DNA of 64,000 nucleotides, from positions 160,001 to 224,000 of the forward strand of contig CAXXJV010000001.1 of assembly GCA_963663475.2 (NCBI GenBank). Reading direction: 5' to 3'. Below are positions 17,895 to 28,299 of this stretch, piece after piece; within the stretch, counting starts at the first letter, position 1, and every line of letters begins with the position of its first letter. The position numbers and the translations under genes are program-made. This stretch comes from Candidatus Cloacimonadales bacterium. GTDB taxonomy: Bacteria > Cloacimonadota > Cloacimonadia > Cloacimonadales > JAFGVF01. The notes beneath the pieces are model-generated. The model made no database searches, had not been told where the DNA came from, and saw nothing but the letters and a program-made list of their open reading frames with translations.

Positions 17895-19451
17895 TTATTC
17901 TTGTTTAGCAAGCTCTCTTTCTTTTTCGTCCTCTTTAGCACTTTCTAGTTTAGCAAAGTATTGATTCTTACTCGTAGCAATTTTCCCTTTCAAGTCTGAA
18001 ACTTGTTTAAGGTATCTATTTTTTCTTTCCCCTTCAAGTTTATTAGCAGCAACCATTTTTAGGTTAGTTTTAGGATTAACCCAACGTCCGTTAAGTTTCA
18101 CTCCGAAATGAAGATGAGGCCCTGTTGATCTTCCAGTTGACCCTACACTTCCGATAATCTGTCCTTTAGAAACGTAACGACCTTTGCGAGTATTAATTTT
18201 GTGAAGGTGGGCATATTGGGTAATCATACCATTGTCATGTCTTATTCTAACATCATTTCCGTAGCCATCACCAGTATTGCTAGCTTTGATAACATAGCCT
18301 GATGTTACAGCATAGACTGGTGTTCCTGTTGAGCCACGCAAGTCCATACCTTGGTGTTTTATCCTTCTACCTAAAATTGGATGAATTCTATAACCATAAG
18401 GAGAAGTAATATGCATAAGGTTCAAAGGTGTTCTAATATTTCCTTGTACTAGACCTTTTCCAGATTCTGTGTACATACCATTAAAAGCAGAAGCATCATT
18501 ATCATCAACAAAGCGATAAGCCGATTTTGAACCAGTTCTTTTACCTGAGTATTCAACATAAAGAACTTTCCCTTGAGGTTGGCTTTCCCCATTAACGACC
18601 TTTTCCTGAACATACAATTCAAAAGTATCACCTACCCTTGCATCAGAACTCAGAGATAACTGGGATTCAATGGCATCATTAGCCTGCTGTCTTACAAAAG
18701 AAGTTAATCCTAAGGCTGCCATTGCCCTATCCATTGAATTATTTTCTTTGGTCACCTGGCCAGTATAGTAAGACTCAACTATCTCATAAGGATAAGTAAT
18801 TAACTTATATTCTAAGTCTCTTTCCCCCTTGATATAGAATTCATGCAGGGAAATTTTATCATTTTTATAAGAGAATTTGTTAAACTTTTTTACCTTAAGG
18901 GAATCTAAGTAGTAATCAACAAAAAGGGTATCTCCAACATCAATACTTGTAGCATCGATATATTCACCTAATTTCCAAGCATAATAACCTATATGCTGGG
19001 CTTCCATACCTAAATCAGTTAATACTTGATAGACAGATCCTCCCTTGAGAATAGGTTTTCTTACTTCCACTAAATAACTTATTGAGTCTTGCTCACACTT
19101 CTTGATATCATATTTAGCATTGAATAAATCTACTTTAGCTTCCTTGATTTCTCTAGTATCTAGACTAGCCTTAAACAAGATATTACTCTCTGTTTCTGTT
19201 GCTTTTTCCCCAATCTTAGACCCAATGATATCTAGAATATCACCAGTATTGATAAAGTTTCTGGCAGTTATCTCAGCAAAAAGATCTGCATTCTTACTAA
19301 TAGTAAACTTATCTATCAACTCATTAGTCTGACGTACTATTTTTACCTTTTTACCATCAACAACCTTATATTCAGGTCCACTCTTACACATGCATCCTGA
19401 CATTATTACCAGTAAATATATTATTAATAAATAAATGATTGATTTTTTCAT
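17895..19451 (-). CDS. M23 family murein DD-endopeptidase (MepM-like), probable lipoprotein
   Basis: HQGMD, YAHL and STGPHLHF motifs; lipobox-like MSGC. Confidence 0.9.
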   Translation of the reverse strand: MKKSIIYLLIIYLLVIMSGCMCKSGPEYKVVDGKKVKIVRQTNELIDKFTISKNADLFAEITARNFINTGDILDIIGSKIGEKATETESNILFKASLDTREIKEAKVDLFNAKYDIKKCEQDSISYLVEVRKPILKGGSVYQVLTDLGMEAQHIGYYAWKLGEYIDATSIDVGDTLFVDYYLDSLKVKKFNKFSYKNDKISLHEFYIKGERDLEYKLITYPYEIVESYYTGQVTKENNSMDRAMAALGLTSFVRQQANDAIESQLSLSSDARVGDTFELYVQEKVVNGESQPQGKVLYVEYSGKRTGSKSAYRFVDDNDASAFNGMYTESGKGLVQGNIRTPLNLMHITSPYGYRIHPILGRRIKHQGMDLRGSTGTPVYAVTSGYVIKASNTGDGYGNDVRIRHDNGMITQYAHLHKINTRKGRYVSKGQIIGSVGSTGRSTGPHLHFGVKLNGRWVNPKTNLKMVAANKLEGERKNRYLKQVSDLKGKIATSKNQYFAKLESAKEDEKERELAKQE

Positions 19452-19563
19452 ATATACTCCTATCGCGACAAATAATATTTTCTATTTTTTTGGCAATATT
19501 TTTTTTACCACATCCTTAACTTAAACTCAGATAGTATAGTAAAAATAGTATAGTAAAACTTTT

Positions 19564-19757
19564 ATCCCAGATAGAGTAGTAGAGCTTTAGTAATACTTCG
19601 TTAAAGCTAAGTATCACAGGTGAAGAGTGCAGATTATTCTAGCAAAATAGCTTACAGAATTTTGACGCATATATTTTATATATTCGGAGAAATTATGGAT
19701 CTTGCTTTTGCAGAAGAATATTCTGCTGTTCACAAAGGTCGACTGCATTATTGGGTT
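19564..19757. repeat. Dispersed long-hairpin element with (A)ACCC...GGGTT ends (family G)
   Basis: Arms CCCAGATAGAGTAGTAGAGCTTT / AAAGGTCGACTGCATTATTGGGTT. Relatives at 43104-43170, 55328-55360, 56192-56272 and, reversed, 59524-59649. Confidence 0.75.
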
Positions 19758-19832
19758 AAAATTGTTTTCTAAAATCTTGACAGTTATAATCACCTCTATA
19801 ATTTTAACTTTATTAATATAGGAGATTAATTA

Positions 19833-20663
19833 GTGAATCAAAAAAATCTTATAAAAGCCATATTGAGAGCTCGTTATAAAAAGAAGATAGAATCTTTCAA
19901 GGCTAAAATAAATATTGAAATAAATAAAAAAAACTATATCATTAAAACTGCATCAAATCAAGATGAGTTAGAGCAGGTTCTTACCTTAAGACATCAAGTT
20001 TTCTTAGAAGAACTACTCCATAAAAAAAGACTTATTGAAGTAGATTTTGACAAATTTGATATCTTATGCGACCATTTAATGATCATTAATAAAAGCGATG
20101 ATTCACTTATTGGTACCTACCGACTTAACTGCTCTAAATTCTCCAATGATTTCTACTCTGCTACTGAATTCAATATTACTGCTATTCTTGAACTCCCAGG
20201 CGATAAAGTTGAACTTGGAAGAGCCTGTGTCCACCCTGATTACCGTAATGGCATGACTATTGCCCTCCTCTGGAAAGGTCTTTCAGAATACATGACTGTC
20301 TCTGAAAGTAGATTTTTCTTCGGTTGTTCTAGTATCAAATCTCTCGATTATAGGCATATCTTAAACATTTATAATGCACTAGTAAACTCTGGTTCTCTTA
20401 TCCATTTACCTGATGTTAAACCCATAGGGAAATTTAAATCCAAAAGTTTGAAAAAATTAGTTAAAAGTCAAGACCCTGATTATAAAGAACAAGAGATAGA
20501 CATCATGAATCAACTCCCTCCCCTCTTAAAAAGCTACATTAAAGCTGGAGCTAAAGTAATCGGTCAACCTGCCCTTGATAAAGATTTCCAATGCTTTGAT
20601 TTCTTAACCCTCTTAGATTTCCAAAATGCTGATAAAAAGTATAAGGACAAATATACCAAATGA
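19833..20663 (+). CDS. GNAT family N-acyltransferase, OlsB-like (ornithine lipid synthesis)
   Basis: LRHQVFLEE, D.FD..CDHL, IGTYR, ELGRACV..DYR, P.L.K.Y...GA and D.DF...D motifs. Confidence 0.85.
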   Translation: MNQKNLIKAILRARYKKKIESFKAKINIEINKKNYIIKTASNQDELEQVLTLRHQVFLEELLHKKRLIEVDFDKFDILCDHLMIINKSDDSLIGTYRLNCSKFSNDFYSATEFNITAILELPGDKVELGRACVHPDYRNGMTIALLWKGLSEYMTVSESRFFFGCSSIKSLDYRHILNIYNALVNSGSLIHLPDVKPIGKFKSKSLKKLVKSQDPDYKEQEIDIMNQLPPLLKSYIKAGAKVIGQPALDKDFQCFDFLTLLDFQNADKKYKDKYTK

Positions 20664-21439
20664 TTATCCTAAAATTAATTCTTACTATCTGGTATTTTAC
20701 TTGCTTCTTTGCTAAAGGAGGCTGCATCATGCTTTTTGTAAGAAATAAAGTCAAAAGACATCACTTAAATGCCCTCAATACTGCTAATGCCTGTAAAAAA
20801 ATGATTAAGCTCCTTGATATAAAAATCAACCTAACCAATCCAGACAAATGGGATCTGCTAAAAGAGAATAATTACCTAGTCCTTGCTAACCACGTTTCTT
20901 ACCTCGATATAGCAATCTTAACCTCAGTTCGACCTTTCCTATTTATCACCTCAAATGAAATGAAAAATACCCCCTTTTTGGGCCAATTAACCCAACTCGG
21001 AGGTAGCTTATATACTAACCGTAAACAATTCACTGGGATTATGGGGGAAATTAAAAACTTTGCTAGCTTTCTCCAAGATGGCTTCAATGTGGTCCTCTTC
21101 CCTGAAGCAACCTCTACTGATGGGAAACAACTACGACCCTTTAAGAAATCACTCCTCCAAGTTGCTATTGAAGCTCAAAAACCTATCCTTCCTATCTGTA
21201 TCAAATATCTATCTAGCGCTGGCCAACCTATTAGTGATAAAAATCGAGACGATTTCTACTGGTATGGAGATATGGCCTTTCTACCTCACTTTATGAGACT
21301 TATAAAAACAAGAAAAACTAGCATTGAAATTACTATTCTTGATGAAATTCAAGTAAGCCAAGATAGCAATAGAAAAGAACTTAGTGATAAAGCTTTTAAA
21401 CAAATAAGCGATAAATATTACTCATATAAACATCTATAA
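20660..21439 (+). CDS. Lysophospholipid acyltransferase, PlsC/OlsA-like
   Basis: NHVSYLD and FPEATS motifs; ATGA overlap with the upstream gene. Confidence 0.9.
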   Translation: MIILKLILTIWYFTCFFAKGGCIMLFVRNKVKRHHLNALNTANACKKMIKLLDIKINLTNPDKWDLLKENNYLVLANHVSYLDIAILTSVRPFLFITSNEMKNTPFLGQLTQLGGSLYTNRKQFTGIMGEIKNFASFLQDGFNVVLFPEATSTDGKQLRPFKKSLLQVAIEAQKPILPICIKYLSSAGQPISDKNRDDFYWYGDMAFLPHFMRLIKTRKTSIEITILDEIQVSQDSNRKELSDKAFKQISDKYYSYKHL

Positions 21440-21578
21440 ATATTAAGCAGGAAGACAGGCTTCTTCCTAAGTGTGAAGGCGGGTAGCTTGCCAGATCTTA
21501 ATTCCTTTCCCGTCTAGGTGTGGCTAGGTATTCCCGAGTCGGGCTGCCTTCACTGCAACAAAAGAAAGGAGAAAAATA

Positions 21579-22052
21579 ATGAGAATAGGAATGGGCTACG
21601 ATGTTCATCAACTTGGAACAGACAGAAAATTAATATTAGGTGGAGTAGAAATACCTTATGATCAAGGATTAATTGGTCATTCCGATGCAGATGTCCTCCT
21701 ACACGCCATAACTGATGCTTTAATCGGTGCCTTAGCCTTAGGTGATATTGGTAAACTTTTCCCTGATACTGACCAACAATACTCAAATATAGATTCCCGA
21801 ATCCTCCTCAGGACAACTTGGCAAATTATCAAAGATAAAGGCTATCTTATCGGAAATATAGATTCTACTATCTGTGCCCAAAAACCCAAACTCCAAGCTT
21901 ATATCAACCAAATGAGATGTAATATTGCCCAAGATTTAGAGTGTGAACTTGACAGAGTCTCTGTAAAAGCAACTACTGAAGAAAAAATGGGTATTAGTGG
22001 TTCAGAAAAAGGTATGACTGCTTATGCTGTGGTCTTGTTAGAAAAAGTATAG
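21579..22052 (+). CDS. ispF: 2-C-methyl-D-erythritol 2,4-cyclodiphosphate synthase
   Basis: MRIGMGYDVH, GHSDADVLLHA and KATTEE. Confidence 0.97.
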   Translation: MRIGMGYDVHQLGTDRKLILGGVEIPYDQGLIGHSDADVLLHAITDALIGALALGDIGKLFPDTDQQYSNIDSRILLRTTWQIIKDKGYLIGNIDSTICAQKPKLQAYINQMRCNIAQDLECELDRVSVKATTEEKMGISGSEKGMTAYAVVLLEKV

Positions 22053-22132
22053 CTGGAAGGTCTGTCACTGGGAAGGTCTGTCACTGGGAACGCTGACATC
22101 CTTGTCGGCATCTTCATTCATTTTTCATTTTG

Positions 22133-22321
22133 TTGGAGACCAGACTTCCTCAGCCCTAGGCAATGGACTTTGGGTGAAGAAACTTGTTGGAAGTCGCTAC
22201 TCCGTAAGCAACTGGCGTCATAAATGGTTGGAGACCAGACTTCCTCAGCCGTAGGCAAGGGACTTCGGGCGAAAGAAAGAAAAGTTGTCGGAAGTCGCTA
22301 CTCCGTGAGCAACTCCCGTCA
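22133..22321. repeat. Two tandem ~95-bp copies of repeat family E (CTTCCTCAGCCGTAGGCAAGGGACTTCGGGCGAAAGA core)
   Basis: The core also occurs at 50257, 54420 and 54802. Confidence 0.8.
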
Positions 22322-22322
22322 C

Positions 22323-22395
22323 TTTTCATTTTTCATTTTTCATTTTTCATTTTTCATTTTTCATTTTTCATTTTTCATTTTTCATTTTTCATTTT
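22323..22395. repeat. TTTT(T)CA simple-sequence tract
   Basis: About 11 alternating 6/7-mers; a similar tract is at 28187-28243. Confidence 0.9.
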
Positions 22396-22427
22396 AAAAA
22401 GCCCCCGCTTATTAGCGAGGGCTTTTT
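22396..22427. terminator. Bidirectional intrinsic terminator
   Basis: AAAAAGCCC-CCGC-TTATTA-GCGA-GGGCTTTTT. Confidence 0.8.
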
Positions 22428-22442
22428 GATTATATTAATCCT

Positions 22443-25400
22443 TTATTGTCTTCTAAGTCCCTTTGCAGGAGTTTCAATAACATCAGAAGATGCTGTAACT
22501 CTGAAGAATTTCATATTTTCTGTACCAGTATAAGTATAACTTAATTCTGAAACAGAAGCAATTGGATTTTCTTCATCATAATCACCATCAGGTGTATCAC
22601 AAGCATAAACATTATAAGAATTTGCATTAGCAGCAGCTTCCCATGAAATTACAATAGCACCATCAGCAGAAATACTTACAGAAGTTGGTATTTCAGGAAC
22701 AACAACAAGTGGACTTGCAGTCAAGTTGATTTCATAAGCAAATGACTGAGGACTTGGGTATGTTGATAGTATCAAGTAATATGTACCAGCTGATATTTCT
22801 ACACTTGTATAGGTAATTACAGTACTAGAAGTTGTATTTTGATTAACAGGTGTAGGAGGATTATCTGCATTAGGTTCTTCATCAAGAATAAAAGCCCCAA
22901 TCCAGCTTCCTGTAGTCGCTGTTATAGTACCATCAAGTGTTACGTCTGTATCAAAAGTAAATTGATATACAACATCATCACCATTAAGATAACTAGATGA
23001 TGGAGAAATCATAGTAGAACCATAATCATCACCATAATCAGCAGTATTGCCAGTAACATCTACAACAGGGAATTCTAATGGTAATGGATTAGAGCATACT
23101 GAACCTTGAGGTGGTATATATCCTTCACCACTTAATGCAACTTCATTAACACCTCTGTTATTACTAGTGTTTTTAACAGCAGTATTAACTCTGAATCTTC
23201 TACCTAAATCATCAGTAATTTGAAGAGTTGCATTTCTTACACCTTCAACACTTGGAGTAAAATCAAGACTAATAACTAATGATTGATCTTCACCAAGAGC
23301 CATAGAAGCTTCAGGATCTGTAGAATAAGCAAAGTCAGTAGCATTATCACCAACGATCTCAATAGTTGAGATATTAAGTGTTCCCACACCAATATTAGAG
23401 ATAATAACATTATCAGAAGCAGTTTGACCTACATTCACTAAACCAAAATCAATTTCAGTAGCATTTAGAGAAGCAACTGGAGTAGAAGCAGGTTCACCAA
23501 AGTAGATATTGTCAATATCGAACCAATAGTCATTTACATCATCATCTAACATTTCAAATCTAAAGATTACTGATTGACCAGCAAAAGCACTAATATCAGT
23601 AGTAAATGTTGTGAAATCAGCAGTATCAATATGATCACTACCATTAACTGAAGCAATCGGATTGAATGTTGCACCATTATCTGTAGATGCGGTAACAGTT
23701 AGATAATCATGTCCATCAACTGAAGTGATACCAACAGTACCTGCTGACCAGTTTGTAAGTCTATAATCAAGAGTAATCTCAGCTGAAGCATTAATATTAT
23801 TCATTGATTGGAACTGAATATAACCATTACTATCAGTACTATAAATGTTTTTATACATTACATTACCAACTGTGTTATGCTGATCTGTTCCAATAATGAA
23901 ATTGTGTTCAGTTATTGCTTGTGGAGTTGAGGTTGAACCCTCAAAATCTACCATAATTGGCATAGGTATTGTAGGATCAGGAATTGTAGTAAATGACCAC
24001 ACCTCTATACCTTCAGTAGCTTGACCAACAACATTATAAGGAATAACTTTCCAGTAGTAACTTGTTGAGTAGTCTAAACCACTATAAGCATAAGTAGTTT
24101 CAATTTGATCTACAGGAGTTACACCAGCAAATGTATTATCAGTTGATAAATAAACATAATATCCTGTAGCACCTGTAGCAGCTTGCCAGCTTAAGTTACC
24201 ATTGAGAGCAACATCAGTAGCTTCATCAGCAGGTGAAGTATATGCAACAGCATCAGGAGCATTACCAATAGTAGTAAATGACCAAGTTACTTGCTCTTCA
24301 ACTGGTGTTGTTCCTGAAACATTACGAGCAATAACTTTCCAATTATAGACTGTAGAAGGATCTAAATCTGTCACTTCATACTCTTCAACAGCAAGAACAT
24401 TATCTAAGACTAATGTCATGTTATCAGGAGTACCAAAGTATAGATCTATATTATCTGTATATTCTGGGTTTGTCCAAGTCAAAGTAAGGCTAGTAGGTAG
24501 GTCAATAGCTTCATCAGCAGGACTTGGGTTAGATACTGCAGCAGGAAGTGGAATATCAGCTGTTTCAACTGTAAGAGTATAATCACCATTGTTAGAACTA
24601 TATCCAGCAACTACAATATAGTATTCACCTGCTGGTGTATATGTCTCAAGCATTTCAGACCAAGTAGCTCTATCTCTTGCTTTAGCTCTATCTCCACCAG
24701 TACTTGCAGAAGATTCATCATCATTATAGTACCAAGCATCATTATTGCTTATAGCTTGATCAATTTGATCATAAGAATTAAATATCCAAAGTTTTGTATC
24801 CCAAGCTGTACCTTCTAAAGATACTGACATTAGTTTATCGGTAGGAAGTGTTAACTGATAAACTACAGATTGAGATGAACAGAAAGGATAATAAGTTTGG
24901 AAAGGAGTAGTTGAACCAGTAACTGTTACAGAATCACCTAAGGTCATAATAAATGGATTATCATGAGTATCACCTTCAGGAATAGGAATACCTGTTCCGG
25001 TAAGGGCAACTTCGTGATTAATTGCCACGAATGGATTATTAGGATCTAATTCTTTAACTACTAGATTTCCAGCATAAATCATTTCTGCTTGTGGAGCAAA
25101 AGTCACCTCAACATCAAAGGATGAACCAACCTCTAAAGTATAAGGAGTTACGATTGCTGTATCATAAGAGTATCCTGCAGGAGTTTCAAACTCAGTAATA
25201 GTAGCAGCGATTGCTCCATTGTTTGCAACTGTAAATGTCTGACTTGCTTCATTAGCTAAGAAAACATCTTGGAAATCATAAGATTCTGGAGTAATATTAA
25301 TTAAAGTTCCTTGAGGAATCTCTTCTAAAGTTAAATCATCAATATAAAGATATTGATAAGTTGATGAGAAAGAAGTTTTGAAAGCTATTCTTTCATTAGC

Positions 25401-27659
25401 TCTTACAGGAACTTCCATTTCCACACTATATTCTGCATAAGTTGTTGTCAAATCTAATGTATCAATGGCTGTGAAGCTATCCATTGCTTGATTATATTTA
25501 CCAAGTATTAAAGTTGGAGTACCTGATCTTTTTGCCCAGAATCTAAGTCTATAAGCATCCATATCTGGAACTACAACAGGTGATATTAATTCTGCCAAAG
25601 CAGAACTATCACCAGCGTTATAAGCTCTGTAACTATAAGTCCCATTATTTGCAGAATATGAAGAAGAATATCTTCCAGCTGATGCATAAGAGCTAGTTGA
25701 AGTTAAGTTGCTTGTCCAACCAAAGAATCCTTCTTCAGTTTCAAAGTCCTGACTATAAGGAATATTGATCTCATAGATATTAGTATCAATACCAGTACCT
25801 GAAAGAGCAATTTCATAAACTTCTCTGGCTAAATCATCAGTGATTTGTAAAGTAGCTGTTTTCTCGCCAGCAGAAGTAGGATTAAAAGTAATACTTACTA
25901 ATAATTCTTCAGTTGCAGTTAAAGCATAATCTTCACTATCTGTATAAGCAAATTGATCAGCATCAGTACCAGTTATTGAAATATCAGTAATATTAAGACT
26001 ACCACCACCAATATTTTGGAGTGAGACAATTTCTTCTTCTGATGATTCATTGAGTGAGATTGTTCCGAAAGCTATAGGATCGGTGTTAATCTCAACAACT
26101 GGATTTTGTGGTAGTTCTTCAACAGTAACGTTATCAATATAAAGTCTCCAACCATCTAAACCTTCAGCTGGTACGTGAAAAGCTAAGTAGCAATTACCAC
26201 TGTAAGCTGATAAATCTACAGTTATTTCTTGATAAGTTGTATTTGAATATTCAGCAAGAGGTAAAACAATTTCTGTAAAATCTTCTGCCCCGCTTCCACT
26301 TGTTGATAAAACAACTTGGAAATCATTTGGTTCACCAGCTGATTGAACTCTTTGCCAGAATTTTAATCTTTCATTACCTGTTAAAGTTAATTGTGGGGTA
26401 ATAAGATAATCATCATTACCACCAGCATTATAATCAGTAGTAATAGTAGCTACTTGACTACCTTCATAAGTATTGGAAGTATAGTTTGTTACCCACTTAT
26501 CATTATCTTCATTATTATCAAGAATTGCCCAATTTAAGTCATCATCTTCAAAATCTTCAAACCATGGAAATTCTGAAATCACAGGATAAGCTGTTGTAAA
26601 AGAATATACTTCACTTTCTGTTTCTATAGCAGTAGGACCTACAGCTACAACTTTCCAGAAGTAAGTAGTTCCATTTGTTAATGAACTTGTATAAGGTGAA
26701 GTAGCAGGATTAACAATAATTGCATCAGTAAGTTCTGCATTTTCTGCCAAATATAAGACTGCATAATCTGTGTTTGAACCGTTTGTCCATTCTAAGTTTG
26801 TATCGATTGCCACATTTAAAGCTCCATTACTTGGGAGTGTTAATTCTGGTATATCTGGAGTATTTGGGTCAACAACTGTTGTAAAAGATCTAATCTCAGA
26901 TATTACTGCAAGATCAGTTGGTCCAATAGCTTCCACTTTCCAAAAATAAGTTGTACTATAATCTAATGAAGAAGTATATGGTGAAGTAGCAGGATCAACA
27001 ATAGTTGCTCCAGTAAAATCTTCATTATCTGCTAAATATAATACAGCATGATCTGTGTTTTCACCTTCTGTCCATTCTAAATTTGTATCAATTGCTACAT
27101 TAGTTGTACCATTAACTGGTGAAACTAAAGTTGGAGCATCTGGTGTGCCTGCAACAAAATTACCCAAGACAACATCATCAATATAGCAATAATAAGCATA
27201 ATTACTAAAATAGTGGATTGCTACATATTTTGTCTCTGCTGGTAAGGTAGTGTTGAGGTACTGTGTCCAACTTGTTGTTGGGTAAATAGTCTCTGTCCAG
27301 GTAAAATCAGTTTCTACATCATTACCAGTTGTTGACCAACCTACAGCGATAGATTCTGAACCAGAAGTATATTTACGATGATAAAATGAAAACTCATTTT
27401 CAGCATCAGTCCAATTTATTTCATTAGAAACCATGTACTGATCGTAGGAACTATCTGAACTGAAAGAAGAAAATCTTAGAGAATAAGTTCCAGTGTTAGC
27501 ATAAGTGTTTGATTGGGTGATTGGGTTAGTTGCACTACCAGTATCAATCAAATTCCAGTTTGGTGAAGGCCAGGTTTCAAATCCATCTGTTAGTTGCTGT
27601 GCAAAAACAGATGTTATTGTTAAAACAAATAGCATTAAGGCTAATATCGTTTTTTTCAT
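22443..27659 (-). CDS. Large secreted modular adhesin-like protein (choice-of-anchor J/D and FN3-like repeats), 1738 aa
   Basis: Signal peptide; repeated TYFWKV FN3-like units; NDDYLITP...WRLYIDNV cleaved-adhesin domain; I.NIG.G.L.I..I.I.G Ig domains. Confidence 0.85.
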   Translation of the reverse strand: MKKTILALMLFVLTITSVFAQQLTDGFETWPSPNWNLIDTGSATNPITQSNTYANTGTYSLRFSSFSSDSSYDQYMVSNEINWTDAENEFSFYHRKYTSGSESIAVGWSTTGNDVETDFTWTETIYPTTSWTQYLNTTLPAETKYVAIHYFSNYAYYCYIDDVVLGNFVAGTPDAPTLVSPVNGTTNVAIDTNLEWTEGENTDHAVLYLADNEDFTGATIVDPATSPYTSSLDYSTTYFWKVEAIGPTDLAVISEIRSFTTVVDPNTPDIPELTLPSNGALNVAIDTNLEWTNGSNTDYAVLYLAENAELTDAIIVNPATSPYTSSLTNGTTYFWKVVAVGPTAIETESEVYSFTTAYPVISEFPWFEDFEDDDLNWAILDNNEDNDKWVTNYTSNTYEGSQVATITTDYNAGGNDDYLITPQLTLTGNERLKFWQRVQSAGEPNDFQVVLSTSGSGAEDFTEIVLPLAEYSNTTYQEITVDLSAYSGNCYLAFHVPAEGLDGWRLYIDNVTVEELPQNPVVEINTDPIAFGTISLNESSEEEIVSLQNIGGGSLNITDISITGTDADQFAYTDSEDYALTATEELLVSITFNPTSAGEKTATLQITDDLAREVYEIALSGTGIDTNIYEINIPYSQDFETEEGFFGWTSNLTSTSSYASAGRYSSSYSANNGTYSYRAYNAGDSSALAELISPVVVPDMDAYRLRFWAKRSGTPTLILGKYNQAMDSFTAIDTLDLTTTYAEYSVEMEVPVRANERIAFKTSFSSTYQYLYIDDLTLEEIPQGTLINITPESYDFQDVFLANEASQTFTVANNGAIAATITEFETPAGYSYDTAIVTPYTLEVGSSFDVEVTFAPQAEMIYAGNLVVKELDPNNPFVAINHEVALTGTGIPIPEGDTHDNPFIMTLGDSVTVTGSTTPFQTYYPFCSSQSVVYQLTLPTDKLMSVSLEGTAWDTKLWIFNSYDQIDQAISNNDAWYYNDDESSASTGGDRAKARDRATWSEMLETYTPAGEYYIVVAGYSSNNGDYTLTVETADIPLPAAVSNPSPADEAIDLPTSLTLTWTNPEYTDNIDLYFGTPDNMTLVLDNVLAVEEYEVTDLDPSTVYNWKVIARNVSGTTPVEEQVTWSFTTIGNAPDAVAYTSPADEATDVALNGNLSWQAATGATGYYVYLSTDNTFAGVTPVDQIETTYAYSGLDYSTSYYWKVIPYNVVGQATEGIEVWSFTTIPDPTIPMPIMVDFEGSTSTPQAITEHNFIIGTDQHNTVGNVMYKNIYSTDSNGYIQFQSMNNINASAEITLDYRLTNWSAGTVGITSVDGHDYLTVTASTDNGATFNPIASVNGSDHIDTADFTTFTTDISAFAGQSVIFRFEMLDDDVNDYWFDIDNIYFGEPASTPVASLNATEIDFGLVNVGQTASDNVIISNIGVGTLNISTIEIVGDNATDFAYSTDPEASMALGEDQSLVISLDFTPSVEGVRNATLQITDDLGRRFRVNTAVKNTSNNRGVNEVALSGEGYIPPQGSVCSNPLPLEFPVVDVTGNTADYGDDYGSTMISPSSSYLNGDDVVYQFTFDTDVTLDGTITATTGSWIGAFILDEEPNADNPPTPVNQNTTSSTVITYTSVEISAGTYYLILSTYPSPQSFAYEINLTASPLVVVPEIPTSVSISADGAIVISWEAAANANSYNVYACDTPDGDYDEENPIASVSELSYTYTGTENMKFFRVTASSDVIETPAKGLRRQ

Positions 27660-27916
27660 ATTTTCTCCCTTAATTAATGTGCGTTTTATACTCTGAAATG
27701 TGCATAAAACACTTTTGCTGTAATTTGTTAGTGAGTCTGAGGGGGATTGTGTAGTGTGCGTGGTGATGCATTTAAATGGTGCAAGCCCCTACAGCCCTAA
27801 CTCATTACAATGTAATTATTTATAATGTACATGTTAATTTATCATTAATAATATCTTTGTCAATCTTTTTTTAATAATTCTTCATTTTTTCTGGATTACG
27901 AGCTTCTTCTTACTAG

Positions 27917-28180
27917 CTGGGTGCGACTGCATCTCTGCCAGCGTCCAGTGCGTAAGTGTTGGACTTCTGCAATTTTACCATTGACAACGCACACCAGTGC
28001 GTGGTGCGGGCAGGGATGCCCGCCTTCCCAGTTAATATGCCAGCAGGGATGTTGACGCTCCCAGTGCGTAAGTAAGTGCTGGACTTCTACAATTTTACCA
28101 TTGACAACGCACACCAGTGCGTGGTGCGGGCAGGGATGCCCGCCTTCCCAGTTAATATGCCAGCAGGGATGTTGGCATCT
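27917..28180. repeat. Tandem duplicated ~120-bp REP-A/BIME-like unit
   Basis: 27945-28053 is nearly identical to 28061-28173. Confidence 0.85.
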
Positions 28181-28243
28181 CATTCAAATTTCATTTTTCA
28201 TTTTCTTTTTCATTTTTCATTTTTCATTTTTCATTTTTCATTT

Positions 28244-28277
28244 AAAAAAGCCCCCGCTTTTTTAGCAGGGGCTTTTG
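28244..28277. terminator. Intrinsic terminator of the 2226-aa gene
   Basis: AAAAAAGCCCCCGCT...AGCAGGGGCTTTT. Confidence 0.8.
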
Positions 28278-28299
28278 ATTAATTAAGGGTTAATATATC

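Noticed and set aside
21447-21557. tRNA-Sec or SRP RNA
   Set aside because: No TCA anticodon arm or T-loop, and no SRP CAGG...GGAA...AGCAG motif; kept as an unassigned structure.
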